NCBI GenBank assembly: GCA_002719295.1
Contig: PBHC01000016.1
Coordinates: 23,533 to 87,532, forward strand
DNA from: Chloroflexota bacterium
GTDB taxonomy: Bacteria > Chloroflexota > Dehalococcoidia > Lucifugimonadales > Lucifugimonadaceae
Length of the DNA: 64,000 nt
Direction: 5' to 3'
The translations under genes were made by a program, and so were the position numbers. The notes beneath the pieces are model-generated. The model searched no databases. It was not told the DNA's origin and saw nothing but the letters and a program-made list of their open reading frames with translations. This document shows positions 37,674 through 47,037 of the stretch, in pieces. Each line of letters opens with the position of its first letter. Within the stretch, counting starts at the first letter, position 1.

Positions 37674-39660
37674 ATTTTTTGGATTTTATTAAGACAAAAT
37701 TAGTGTCCCCAACTTTTGTTTGAAAGTCTCTATTTAAATAATATTCTGAGATTGAAACTCTTTTTTTATTACTTATTATCATATCCGGAATATCATTTAT
37801 GCTCATATTTCTATAGATACTTTCAGGAAACCATTTTCTATGGGGAATTGTTCTCTTAATATTATAATCTGACAAAAATTCTTCTGGTATTTTTTCCATG
37901 TTTTTAGAGTTAACAAGTAAATAATCATATTTATGATCTAAAATTTCTATATTATCTATCCAAACAACATTTTTATTCTCACGCAAATACCACATCCACG
38001 GCCAAGCAAATCCATCTAAAGTATCAACTCCTACAATTAGATCTTCTTTTTTTATATATGAATCTTGAATTTCTTTATTTAGTTGATGAATTGAGTTTGA
38101 TGATTGAGTATATATCAACATATCGTAAGGTTCATCAGATAAATCAAATATAACTTTTGATGTAGTTTTTATCGTAAGTAAACTGAGCAAAATAAAAATT
38201 ACTAACGATAATGAAATAGAAAACTGTTTTAGAGAAAAAATATCTTTTGATAAAAAACTAAATGAAATAATTAAAATTGAAATAATCAAAAAAATAATAT
38301 CGTAAAAATAGTTATTGTTTTCAACTGAATAATTAGTAAATATTAACTTTAGAGTTAGAAATATTATTACAGAAGCTGATACAAAATATAGTAACAAAAT
38401 TTCTTTTGATTTATCTAATAAACTTATTGATTTAGATATAAAAAAAGAAACAAGGAATATAAATGGAATAACTAAATTTATCATTAGCCATGGCATTTTT
38501 TCTCCTGCTAAAGAAAAAGCCACTAGAGAAAAAATAGCAGTAAACGATAGAAATCTTTCAAAAAACTCTCCCTTTGTAAGGTAATAAATAGATAAAGGAA
38601 GTCCCATAAAAAAAATCAAAAATTCGTTTGTAAATAATATTATTATGTAGTAATAATATGGCTGCCCTCCTCTAGCAACATCATGTTGTGATAACCAATA
38701 ACCTAATGATTGCCAATGACCTGTAATAATTCCAGAAGGATTTATAAAAAAAGTAGTAAACATAAGTATAAAAATAATTAAAAATATACTTATTGATTTG
38801 AACCAAAGTTTTTTATCAATCATAAATCCAAATATGTTTGAAATAACAAATAACAAAAAAGTAATAATTACAGCAACAACTATACCATTTCCAACTGGGA
38901 GTCCTGCAGGTATACCAGGGTAACTTTCAGGTGTAGATAATATCACTCCTAATGAAGACTGAAAGACAGATAACATTGGCGCAGCTAATGGAATTGTTAT
39001 TAAAGATAAAATTAGAAATAATTTAGTAATATGATTTATTTCTATGATGTTAATTTTACCCAAGGCAACATTTAATAAATCTTTAAATGAATAAAAAGAT
39101 AAAAATATCAACACTCCTAAAAGATTCAAGTACATACTTTCTTTTATAGTAAAACCTAGTGCAATAATTCCTACTATTTGAAATAACCAAATTTCTTTTT
39201 TTGTATTTACGTACTTTAGTATAAAAATAAAAAGCATTATCAATATTACTGACATAAAGACGTCATTTCTAGCAAATCTACTAAAATAAGCTAAAGAAGG
39301 AGAAATAGATATTAGAAAAGCAATTAATAAAGTTGATTTATCACCTATTTCTTTTCTTATTAAAACAGGAGATAACACTATCAAGAGACCTGCAATTGCA
39401 AAAGGAAGCCTTAGCAAAAAATCATTACTACCTAATATCCAAAAAACGCCTGAAAGAATGTTAAATAGAAACATACCATGGGTTAAAGGATTGTGTGAAT
39501 AGTAATCACCGTTAGATGTAACGAATGAAAAATAACCATGCAAGCTTTCATCATGGTGAACTGCCCTATTTCCTAGATCAATAAATCTAAACAAAAAAGC
39601 AATTATCAGGATATTAAGATAAGAAAAAAGATAAATGTTATTTTTAATTATGTTAGTCAT
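37657..39660 (-). CDS. TIGR03663 / Agl23-like GT-C fold membrane protein
   Basis: HHDESLH, P-HG, SRFARND, KES, YWL-QH-RG-QP-YY, GEKMPWL, YTQ, WPW-WYLR; start at 39660 overlapping the upstream stop. Confidence 0.82.
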   Translation of the reverse strand: MTNIIKNNIYLFSYLNILIIAFLFRFIDLGNRAVHHDESLHGYFSFVTSNGDYYSHNPLTHGMFLFNILSGVFWILGSNDFLLRLPFAIAGLLIVLSPVLIRKEIGDKSTLLIAFLISISPSLAYFSRFARNDVFMSVILIMLFIFILKYVNTKKEIWLFQIVGIIALGFTIKESMYLNLLGVLIFLSFYSFKDLLNVALGKINIIEINHITKLFLILSLITIPLAAPMLSVFQSSLGVILSTPESYPGIPAGLPVGNGIVVAVIITFLLFVISNIFGFMIDKKLWFKSISIFLIIFILMFTTFFINPSGIITGHWQSLGYWLSQHDVARGGQPYYYYIIILFTNEFLIFFMGLPLSIYYLTKGEFFERFLSFTAIFSLVAFSLAGEKMPWLMINLVIPFIFLVSFFISKSISLLDKSKEILLLYFVSASVIIFLTLKLIFTNYSVENNNYFYDIIFLIISILIISFSFLSKDIFSLKQFSISLSLVIFILLSLLTIKTTSKVIFDLSDEPYDMLIYTQSSNSIHQLNKEIQDSYIKKEDLIVGVDTLDGFAWPWMWYLRENKNVVWIDNIEILDHKYDYLLVNSKNMEKIPEEFLSDYNIKRTIPHRKWFPESIYRNMSINDIPDMIISNKKRVSISEYYLNRDFQTKVGDTNFVLIKSKKFESIE

Positions 39661-41845
39661 ATAAGCCAAAAATCTTAAAATCTTTGTTTTCAAAAATCAA
39701 ATTAAATTCATCAAAATTTGAATCATTATTAAGATCATATCTCTTTTTTTCAAATGTTGATAACAATATATATTTGACGTTGTGCTGATTAAGCATCTCA
39801 TTATCTATAGAGGGTGTGGTATAAAATTCTTCTATTTGATTATTTAGCTTTAAGATCATTTGAGAATCTGATCTCCATTGTAATTGATGGTTAACCCATG
39901 CTAATACAGTCGCACGACCTGTAGATGCAGAAATAATATTTGACCTAGTATAAGACTTTCCAACTCCTTCAAGAATAATAGATTCTTTAGGAATATTATT
40001 ATTTATAAAATTAATTACTTCTTTCTCTGATTGATTTAAGAAATCTAAACCATTTGTGTTGAATGATCCTATATTATCAATAGACCTTGATCTTATTGCT
40101 GATACGTTCCACCATACTGATGGAATTATCAATAAAATTATTAATGTAATAGCTATATTTTTTTTTATTTTACTTATTAATTTGATCAAATAAAAAATCA
40201 AGTAAAGAGATATTAAATTAAGAATTATATAGTTTATAAAATAGAACTTAAATACAGTGTTCATTCGATTGTTAAATTTATCAACGATGTATATAAATTC
40301 TGTTCCAAAAATAACTACAAGTGAGCTAAATAGCAAAATCAATATATTTTTCATAAGATTTTCTTCATTTTTTATAATTATTATCAAGGAAGATAACAAG
40401 AATGAGAAAAATATATTATTTATAAGAAAATTAAGAAATAGTTCAAAATTGAGATAAAAGCCAGGAAGAATTAAAGGGAACAATAAAGAGGTAATCAAAA
40501 TCAATAAATAAGTCCTCAAAAGATCTTTTGAAAAACCTATCATAAATACTTTGTATGTTATGAAAACAAAAATAGGAATATAAGAAAAACCCCAATAAAA
40601 AAATAAATGATGAAATCTAGAAATAATTTTTACATTAGAAACATATGGGAATTCTAATAAATTATTAGGATTAATTAGAAATATAAATATAATGATTTCA
40701 AAAACTAAAATACCAATAAAAAATCTTATATATTTAAGTTCGAAATTGTTATTTTTTTTATAAAAAAGAATATTTACAATCACATACCAAAGAAGGATCA
40801 CTGAGTACCATGGGTTTATCATTATTGTAATAATAAATGTTATATTTATCCAAAATGTTGAAACTATTGAAAAATCATTTTTGTAGAACATATTAAATAT
40901 TAGACTGAAGCCTAAAATCACAAATGGAATAACTAGTATATGTGGATGAATATCTCCTAAAATAAAGGAAAAACTAGGAAATTCATTAATTGTGTAATCT
41001 GATAAAAAAAGATTCGGTTTATTGTAGCTAATTATTCTAGAAACTGAAAACCACCACCAATTATCATTTGGCCAGAATAATTCGAAGTTTTCTTTTTTTG
41101 TGATTCCATCTATATCAATTAAATTAAATAAAAAGTTAGATCCTAGAGAGCTATGACTAATCATTTCTAGAATGGTTGCAAATGGAGTTATAAAATAAAT
41201 ATAAGTAAAAACAATTGGTAAAAGAAAATATATTCGAATTTTAGAGTTTCCAAAAATATGAATAATCAGTTTATAAGATGATAGAAAAGTCATAGAAACA
41301 ACTGTTGGTAATACAAAATTATAGGCTATTGAACTATTCATACTTAAAACAGAAGGGATAGATGAAAAAACGAAATAGCCAAATGAATAATATGATATAG
41401 ATTTATTATGAAACCACAAATCTTCAGAGATTATAGAAGTAGATGACATGGAAGATGATAGGATCATATATTCCATAATCTTTTCAGTATTTAATATATC
41501 CGAATTACTCATTCTTAATAAAAGAATTAATCCAAAAATAATTATAAAAAACAAATATTTAAAATCAAAAAAGGATTTGAATAACTCTTTTAGTAATTTA
41601 TTTTTACTAATTGAAATAAATGAAAAAGAAATAACTAATAAATAAGATATTTTCCATATATTTGAATTAGAAATGTTATTAAATGAAAAAATAGAAATTA
41701 ATGATCCAATAATAACAAGGATAATAAAACCAATTAATACATTTGGTAAATCTATATAAAACTTTTTGTTGAATAGTTGATTGTATGTAAAGCCAACAAC
41801 ATTAAGTAACAGTAAAAGAATAATAAAAAGAATTGTATCAATCAT
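39653..41845 (-). CDS. DUF2298 / TIGR03662 (Chlor_Arch_YYY) membrane protein
   Basis: EKIME, SYYSFG, WWW-SR, INEFP-FSF-GD-HPH, RMNTVFKFY, W-H-QWR. Confidence 0.85.
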   Translation of the reverse strand: MIDTILFIILLLLLNVVGFTYNQLFNKKFYIDLPNVLIGFIILVIIGSLISIFSFNNISNSNIWKISYLLVISFSFISISKNKLLKELFKSFFDFKYLFFIIIFGLILLLRMSNSDILNTEKIMEYMILSSSMSSTSIISEDLWFHNKSISYYSFGYFVFSSIPSVLSMNSSIAYNFVLPTVVSMTFLSSYKLIIHIFGNSKIRIYFLLPIVFTYIYFITPFATILEMISHSSLGSNFLFNLIDIDGITKKENFELFWPNDNWWWFSVSRIISYNKPNLFLSDYTINEFPSFSFILGDIHPHILVIPFVILGFSLIFNMFYKNDFSIVSTFWINITFIITIMINPWYSVILLWYVIVNILFYKKNNNFELKYIRFFIGILVFEIIIFIFLINPNNLLEFPYVSNVKIISRFHHLFFYWGFSYIPIFVFITYKVFMIGFSKDLLRTYLLILITSLLFPLILPGFYLNFELFLNFLINNIFFSFLLSSLIIIIKNEENLMKNILILLFSSLVVIFGTEFIYIVDKFNNRMNTVFKFYFINYIILNLISLYLIFYLIKLISKIKKNIAITLIILLIIPSVWWNVSAIRSRSIDNIGSFNTNGLDFLNQSEKEVINFINNNIPKESIILEGVGKSYTRSNIISASTGRATVLAWVNHQLQWRSDSQMILKLNNQIEEFYTTPSIDNEMLNQHNVKYILLSTFEKKRYDLNNDSNFDEFNLIFENKDFKIFGLYD

Positions 41846-42521
41846 TTTTTTTGAAATTATTGTATTTTTTCAAAGCATCTTTAGCTGCAATTTTTTCAGC
41901 ATCTATTTTTTTTCTACCATGACCTTTAGAGACTAATTCGTTCTTTATAAATAGTTTTATTAGAAATGAACCATCTTTTAAAATTTCAGGTTTATAAACG
42001 GGTAACTCTTCTCCAATTTCTTGAAGCTTTTCCTGAAGTAGTGATTTTGAATCAAAATAAGATTTATTACTATATATTTCATCAATCTGATTTTTAAATA
42101 AATCAATTAGATAAATTGAGGTTTGTTCAAGTCCAAGATTTATTGAAAGATAACCTACAACAGATTCAAATAAATTACACAATGTTGAAACTTTATTTCT
42201 ACCGTTGCTCATTTCTTCACCTTTTCCTAAAATCAATTGATTTCCAAGTTGAAGTTTTTTTGAGTAGTTCGATAATGATTTTTGATTAACTATTTCAGAT
42301 CTGATTTTTGATAAGTCTCCTTCAGGTAATCCAGGATAGTTCTGGTACAAATATTCACTTACAACATAACTTATTACTGAGTCTCCTAAATATTCTAAAC
42401 GTTCATTTGATTCTAAATATTCGTTACTAGAATTCTCATTTATGTATGAACTATGAGTCAAAGCAACTTTAAATTTATCAAAGTCATCTTTTATAAGTTT
42501 TTGTATTATCTCAAACATCAT
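41838..42521 (-). CDS. rnc: Ribonuclease III
   Basis: ALTHSS, NERLEYLGDS, EGDLSK-R, dsRBD KSLLQE...G-G-K-AE-AA. Confidence 0.95.
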   Translation of the reverse strand: MMFEIIQKLIKDDFDKFKVALTHSSYINENSSNEYLESNERLEYLGDSVISYVVSEYLYQNYPGLPEGDLSKIRSEIVNQKSLSNYSKKLQLGNQLILGKGEEMSNGRNKVSTLCNLFESVVGYLSINLGLEQTSIYLIDLFKNQIDEIYSNKSYFDSKSLLQEKLQEIGEELPVYKPEILKDGSFLIKLFIKNELVSKGHGRKKIDAEKIAAKDALKKYNNFKKND

Positions 42522-43141
42522 ATTTGATGTTGTTTAGGCCATGGTGGTTGAGGCTTTTTTAATTCTCCAAAATAGGAATTATTAGTAGATAAAATTTTCA
42601 ATGCATCAAAAAATGATATGGAATCTTTATCTGGAGGAGTAAATGTTTTTAAAAAGACAGTATTTCCATCAGAAAATTCAATTGTAGGAGTTCCAAATAT
42701 ACCTTTTGTTTCGGCTTCTATATGTGAAGAGGATATTAAATCTAAAGATTTTTTTGAGTCTAAATTTTCTTGATATTTATCTGAGTATATATCAAGTGAT
42801 TTAGCTAAATTAACTACATAATCCCTGCTTCTTACATCTATTCTTTTGACATGTTTATCTTCAAAAATAGCCTTCATATATGAATTGCCAGCTTCTTTAG
42901 AAACATTTCTAGCAGCTATTCCACCTAAGTGAGGCCAAATCCCTCTGCTTACATATTCAGACAGGTCCTGATCCCATGCTAACCAGTTCTCATCGTTTTC
43001 TGAGTTAATTTGCTCTAATAAAAAAGGTTTCCAAGTTATATCTATTTGTGATTTTTCTTCAAGGTCTAATAACCAGAAACCGGCTTGCCTAACCCATGGA
43101 CAAGTGTAATCAAAAAATATTTTCACTTTCTCTATATTCAT
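42518..43141 (-). CDS. DsbA/FrnE-like thioredoxin-fold protein
   Basis: FFDYTCPW, W-PF-L, GIFGTPT; start at ATG 43141 with AAGGAG RBS. Confidence 0.8.
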   Translation of the reverse strand: MNIEKVKIFFDYTCPWVRQAGFWLLDLEEKSQIDITWKPFLLEQINSENDENWLAWDQDLSEYVSRGIWPHLGGIAARNVSKEAGNSYMKAIFEDKHVKRIDVRSRDYVVNLAKSLDIYSDKYQENLDSKKSLDLISSSHIEAETKGIFGTPTIEFSDGNTVFLKTFTPPDKDSISFFDALKILSTNNSYFGELKKPQPPWPKQHQI

Positions 43142-43185
43142 AATTTTCTCCTTTAGCATAAAATAAATATAAAAAAATATTTAAA

Positions 43186-44190
43186 TTGAGCAAGACTTTA
43201 AACAAAATAAATACATTTATTCAATCAAATAATAATCTTTCTTCTATTATAGATTATTGCAGAGAGTACAAATCAAAAAATGAAATAAAAATATATTTGG
43301 TTGGAGGAATTATAAGAGATATTTTATTAGATACTGATATAGAATTTATTGATTTAGACATAATCGTTGATGGTGATATTGATGATTTTTCAAATAAAAT
43401 TTCTAGTAGATATAAATCTAAAATTAAAAAAATACATGATTTTCCAAATTATAAGTTATTTCTGGATAGTGACTTACAGATTGATCTAGCCCACACTAGA
43501 AAGGAGAAATATAAATCTTCGGGATCATTACCACAATGGACCAAATCAACTATCAATGAAGATTTATATAGACGAGATTTTAGTATTAATTCTATAGCTT
43601 TGGAAATAAAGTCAGATGGTTTCAAAATACTAGATCCTATAAATTCTATAAATGATATTAATAAAAAAATTATAAGGGTTTTACATAAAGACTCATTTAA
43701 GGACGATCCCACAAGAATTTATAGAGCTATAAGATATAAATCAAGGCTTGGATTTGATTTTGATGATCAAACAAAATCACTGTTTTATAACTCATTTATG
43801 TATATAAATAACATATCTCTATATAGAAAAAATAATGAAATTTTAAAATTTCTAAATGAACCATTATTAGCGAATTTTGTAAGTTTAATGAATAATGATC
43901 AGAAAATAAGTTCATTGTTCCCAAAACTTTTCATGAACAAAATAAATTATATAAATAAAAAATTCTGGGATGAATCAAATATTAGAGAAAAAATATTCTT
44001 TTCTTTCTTCTCTGTAAAGGAAAATAAGAGAGATGAATTTTTAAATTCATTGAGTTTTCCAAAAAATGAATTAAGAGAAATTATGTATTTTTATGAAATA
44101 AAACAAATTATAAACAAGAATAAGATTCATAATCAAAATGATATGACTCTAAGCAATGATTTTATTTCTAATTTATATCATTGTTTATAG
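43186..44190 (+). CDS. tRNA nucleotidyltransferase (class II), probably A-adding type
   Basis: VGGIIRD, DLD, R-E-Y-G-LP, RRDFSINSIA, SFKDDPTRIYRAIRY. Confidence 0.85.
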   Translation: MSKTLNKINTFIQSNNNLSSIIDYCREYKSKNEIKIYLVGGIIRDILLDTDIEFIDLDIIVDGDIDDFSNKISSRYKSKIKKIHDFPNYKLFLDSDLQIDLAHTRKEKYKSSGSLPQWTKSTINEDLYRRDFSINSIALEIKSDGFKILDPINSINDINKKIIRVLHKDSFKDDPTRIYRAIRYKSRLGFDFDDQTKSLFYNSFMYINNISLYRKNNEILKFLNEPLLANFVSLMNNDQKISSLFPKLFMNKINYINKKFWDESNIREKIFFSFFSVKENKRDEFLNSLSFPKNELREIMYFYEIKQIINKNKIHNQNDMTLSNDFISNLYHCL

Positions 44191-45049
44191 CATGTATCTT
44201 ATGAGTTCCTCCCCACATATCTGCCCTACTAGCTAATCTTTGTCTATGAAAAATATATTGTTGTGCATGTGATGACAATTTTCCAAATTTTCTTTTAGCT
44301 TTATCACTTGCTTTTTCAGGAGTAATTTTTTTAGGATATTTATACCATCTAATTAAACCTTTTAAAACATGACGATCTACAGGAAATGATTCTTTTTTAT
44401 CAAAAGAATAAGCTAAAATACAATCAGCAACTTTCCTGCCTATCCCTTTTATTTGTATAAGGCTATTTAAACATTCATCATAAGCAGATTGATTTAGAGT
44501 ATTTATGCTTATTTCTTCATCTAACATTGATTTAGCCAAGTTGATTATATAAGGAGCCCTAAAACCAAACCCTAGTTCTCTTAGTTTATTCTCACCTATT
44601 TTAAATATTTGATATGGTTCAGGGAAGATATTATTATTTATTTCTCTTAGTAACCTCATGTGATATTTGATCCTTTCAAGATTAGAACAAGAAGAAGTGA
44701 TAAAACCTACCATACATTCCCAAGGTTCTTGTTTTAAGATTCTTAATCTGGGATATTTATCAATTACTGGAGATATAACATTATCATTTAATAAATTATT
44801 AAAATCTTCTAAAGAAAAAGGATCTTCTCCTAGATAGTATAAAAACTTATCCTTAAGATCATCTTCTAATACATCATTTAATACTTGTACATTAATGGAA
44901 TCTTCAAGTTCCGTAACTAGCAATTCAGAATTCCTAAAAAATCCTTTATAAGATTTTTGATTATCTGATGTTTTTTCCCATGCAAATGATTGGCCAGAGT
45001 CTAAAGTATTTAACAAATCTATATTTTCTTTAAGGGTAAAATTATTCAT
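44168..45049 (-). CDS. 8-oxoguanine DNA glycosylase (OGG1-type, HhH-GPD)
   Basis: TLDSGQSFAW, LRILKQEPWEC-FI-S, GFGFRA, KGIGRKVADC, FPVDRHV. Confidence 0.88.
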   Translation of the reverse strand: MNNFTLKENIDLLNTLDSGQSFAWEKTSDNQKSYKGFFRNSELLVTELEDSINVQVLNDVLEDDLKDKFLYYLGEDPFSLEDFNNLLNDNVISPVIDKYPRLRILKQEPWECMVGFITSSCSNLERIKYHMRLLREINNNIFPEPYQIFKIGENKLRELGFGFRAPYIINLAKSMLDEEISINTLNQSAYDECLNSLIQIKGIGRKVADCILAYSFDKKESFPVDRHVLKGLIRWYKYPKKITPEKASDKAKRKFGKLSSHAQQYIFHRQRLASRADMWGGTHKIHAINNDIN

Positions 45050-45443
45050 ATTTATCAAATGCCAAAGACAGTAATGTTGGATAGGTAAAGCCTATATTTA
45101 TAATTGTAATTAATACAAGTAAAAAAATGTGTCTTATGGAAATTTTTTCAAAAATATACAAATAAATACCATAAATAATCAAAATCCAAAAGGTAAGTAG
45201 CATTAAGAAAAAATATGGTAAAAATTCATAAGATTTAATTGAGTTGAACTGAAAGAAAATGTTAGGTAAAAGATAAGAAATGAAAATAAAAATAAAAGTG
45301 AATATATTTATAACTAGAATATTATTAGGAATATTATTATTTCTTTCATAGTCAAAAAATTTATAAATATTTAAATATGAAGATATAAATAACCAGTTTG
45401 CAAATATTAATATCAATGACAAAGCAACATTATAAATACTCAT
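45042..45443 (-). CDS. Hypothetical membrane protein (about 4 TM)
   Basis: 133-aa hydrophobic ORF overlapping both neighbours (ATGA with ispE). Confidence 0.65.
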   Translation of the reverse strand: MSIYNVALSLILIFANWLFISSYLNIYKFFDYERNNNIPNNILVINIFTFIFIFISYLLPNIFFQFNSIKSYEFLPYFFLMLLTFWILIIYGIYLYIFEKISIRHIFLLVLITIINIGFTYPTLLSLAFDKYE

Positions 45444-46273
45444 AAAATTTTTGCTTTTATGGCTAATAAATCTAAATCAGATCTATCTACTAACTGTTTT
45501 ATATTTTCTGCATCATCATCATTCTTTTGGATAGAAAAATAAGTAGGACCCGCTCCAGTCATAGAAAGATTATTCACTCCTAAAGATTTCAACTTTTCTT
45601 TGATCTCCTTTAAATTATTAAAAGTTTTCAATGCTGAATTTTCTAATCCATTAAAAAATGGGCCTTTGATTTTTTGATTGTTTTTTATTTGGTTCAATAA
45701 ATCATTTTGTAACCTACCATTTGTAAATTCAGTATTGGTTTCAAATATTTGCTTAGTTTTATCCTGAATTTTGTGTTTCGGATGGAAAATAACAAGATTA
45801 TTAATTATCGGGTTTTGTATAAATGAAATTTTATCTCCTCTTCCCGTTATCATTGCAGATGAACTAGAAAGAAAAAAAGGGATGTCTGAACCAAAATTTA
45901 AAGCTATATCAAATTTTTCTTTTGAATCTAAGTTTAAGTTAAATAATTTATTAATACCTTCAATTGATGTAGCTGCATTAGAAGATCCTCCTCCCATACC
46001 AGAGGAATAAGGAATATTTTTTATAATATTTATAGATAATTTATTATGTATTTTATATTTTTTAGACATAAATTCTAAAATTTTAAAAACAATATTATTT
46101 TCTTGAATTAATCCTTTTTGTTTAACTTCATTTTGATCTGATTTTTCAAAAATAATTTCATCACAAAGATCTATTTTTGAAATAATTGTAGAAATATCAT
46201 GAAAACCATCATCTCGTTTACTAATGACTTCTAAACCTAAATTTATTTTTGCATAACTATTATATTTGATCAT
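45440..46273 (-). CDS. ispE: 4-(cytidine 5'-diphospho)-2-C-methyl-D-erythritol kinase
   Basis: AKINLGL, R-DGFH, K-IP-GMGGGSSNAA, GSDIPFF, MTGAGPT. Confidence 0.93.
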   Translation of the reverse strand: MIKYNSYAKINLGLEVISKRDDGFHDISTIISKIDLCDEIIFEKSDQNEVKQKGLIQENNIVFKILEFMSKKYKIHNKLSINIIKNIPYSSGMGGGSSNAATSIEGINKLFNLNLDSKEKFDIALNFGSDIPFFLSSSSAMITGRGDKISFIQNPIINNLVIFHPKHKIQDKTKQIFETNTEFTNGRLQNDLLNQIKNNQKIKGPFFNGLENSALKTFNNLKEIKEKLKSLGVNNLSMTGAGPTYFSIQKNDDDAENIKQLVDRSDLDLLAIKAKIL

Positions 46274-47018
46274 ATTTTTGGTAATTTTTAAACAAACTTT
46301 TCCAATTATCCAAATCAAGATGTTGAGGCCTTAAGTTTTCTTCAACATTTGATAAATCAAGTAAAGTTTTAACTTCTTTAGAATTCAAATTTAGTCCCAT
46401 ACCTAATGAATTAGATATTTTTTTCCTTGGATTTGAAAATCCCTTTTTAAGAAACTCTACATAATTATCATCAATATTATTTGATATTGGTGTTAATTTG
46501 ACAGTCATAGAATCAACCTTTGGAATAGGATAAAATTCATGATTTTTGATAATCAAAAGTTTTTCTACATTACAAAATGATTGAATAAACAAGCTTAGAA
46601 AACTTTTTTTTCCAGGGCCTGCTACAATTTGTTCGCCAACTTCTTTTTGAACTGTAAAAACCATTGAATTAACTTTATCTTGAGTCATGAAATTTCTAAT
46701 AATCACATTAGAAGCATAGTAAGGTAAATTACCAATAACATTTAAACTCGTACTACTTTTTATTTTATATGTTCTAGCATCGTCATTTATTATATTTATT
46801 GTATATTTTTTATATCTATTTTTTAGTGGAATTATAAGATCTGAGTCAAATTCTAAAAGAGTAAGGTTTTTGAATCTATCTATCAAAATATCTGTCAATG
46901 CACCATCACCTGGACCTATTTCAAAAACACCTATGTCATTTTCAAATCTAGATAATTCAACTATTTTTTCTGAGATTTCAGGATTTCTTAAGAAATTTTG
47001 ACCTAATTTTTTTTTCAT
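46260..47018 (-). CDS. rsmA: 16S rRNA (A1518/A1519) dimethyltransferase
   Basis: KKLGQNFL, EIGPGDG, GNLPY, QKEV, F-P-PKVDS. Confidence 0.95.
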   Translation of the reverse strand: MKKKLGQNFLRNPEISEKIVELSRFENDIGVFEIGPGDGALTDILIDRFKNLTLLEFDSDLIIPLKNRYKKYTINIINDDARTYKIKSSTSLNVIGNLPYYASNVIIRNFMTQDKVNSMVFTVQKEVGEQIVAGPGKKSFLSLFIQSFCNVEKLLIIKNHEFYPIPKVDSMTVKLTPISNNIDDNYVEFLKKGFSNPRKKISNSLGMGLNLNSKEVKTLLDLSNVEENLRPQHLDLDNWKSLFKNYQKYDQI

Positions 47019-47037
47019 AATTTCATTTGATTATCAA

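Noticed and set aside
36711..41845. Very AT-rich stretch as a horizontally acquired island
   Set aside because: Explained by Ile/Phe/Leu-rich membrane proteins; the genes overlap rnc, and no integrase, flanking repeat or tRNA boundary is present
42160..42185. RNase III second acidic motif reads CNLFES rather than ADxxEA
   Set aside because: The signature ERLEYLGD and the essential Glu are intact; a single substitution is not enough to call loss of function
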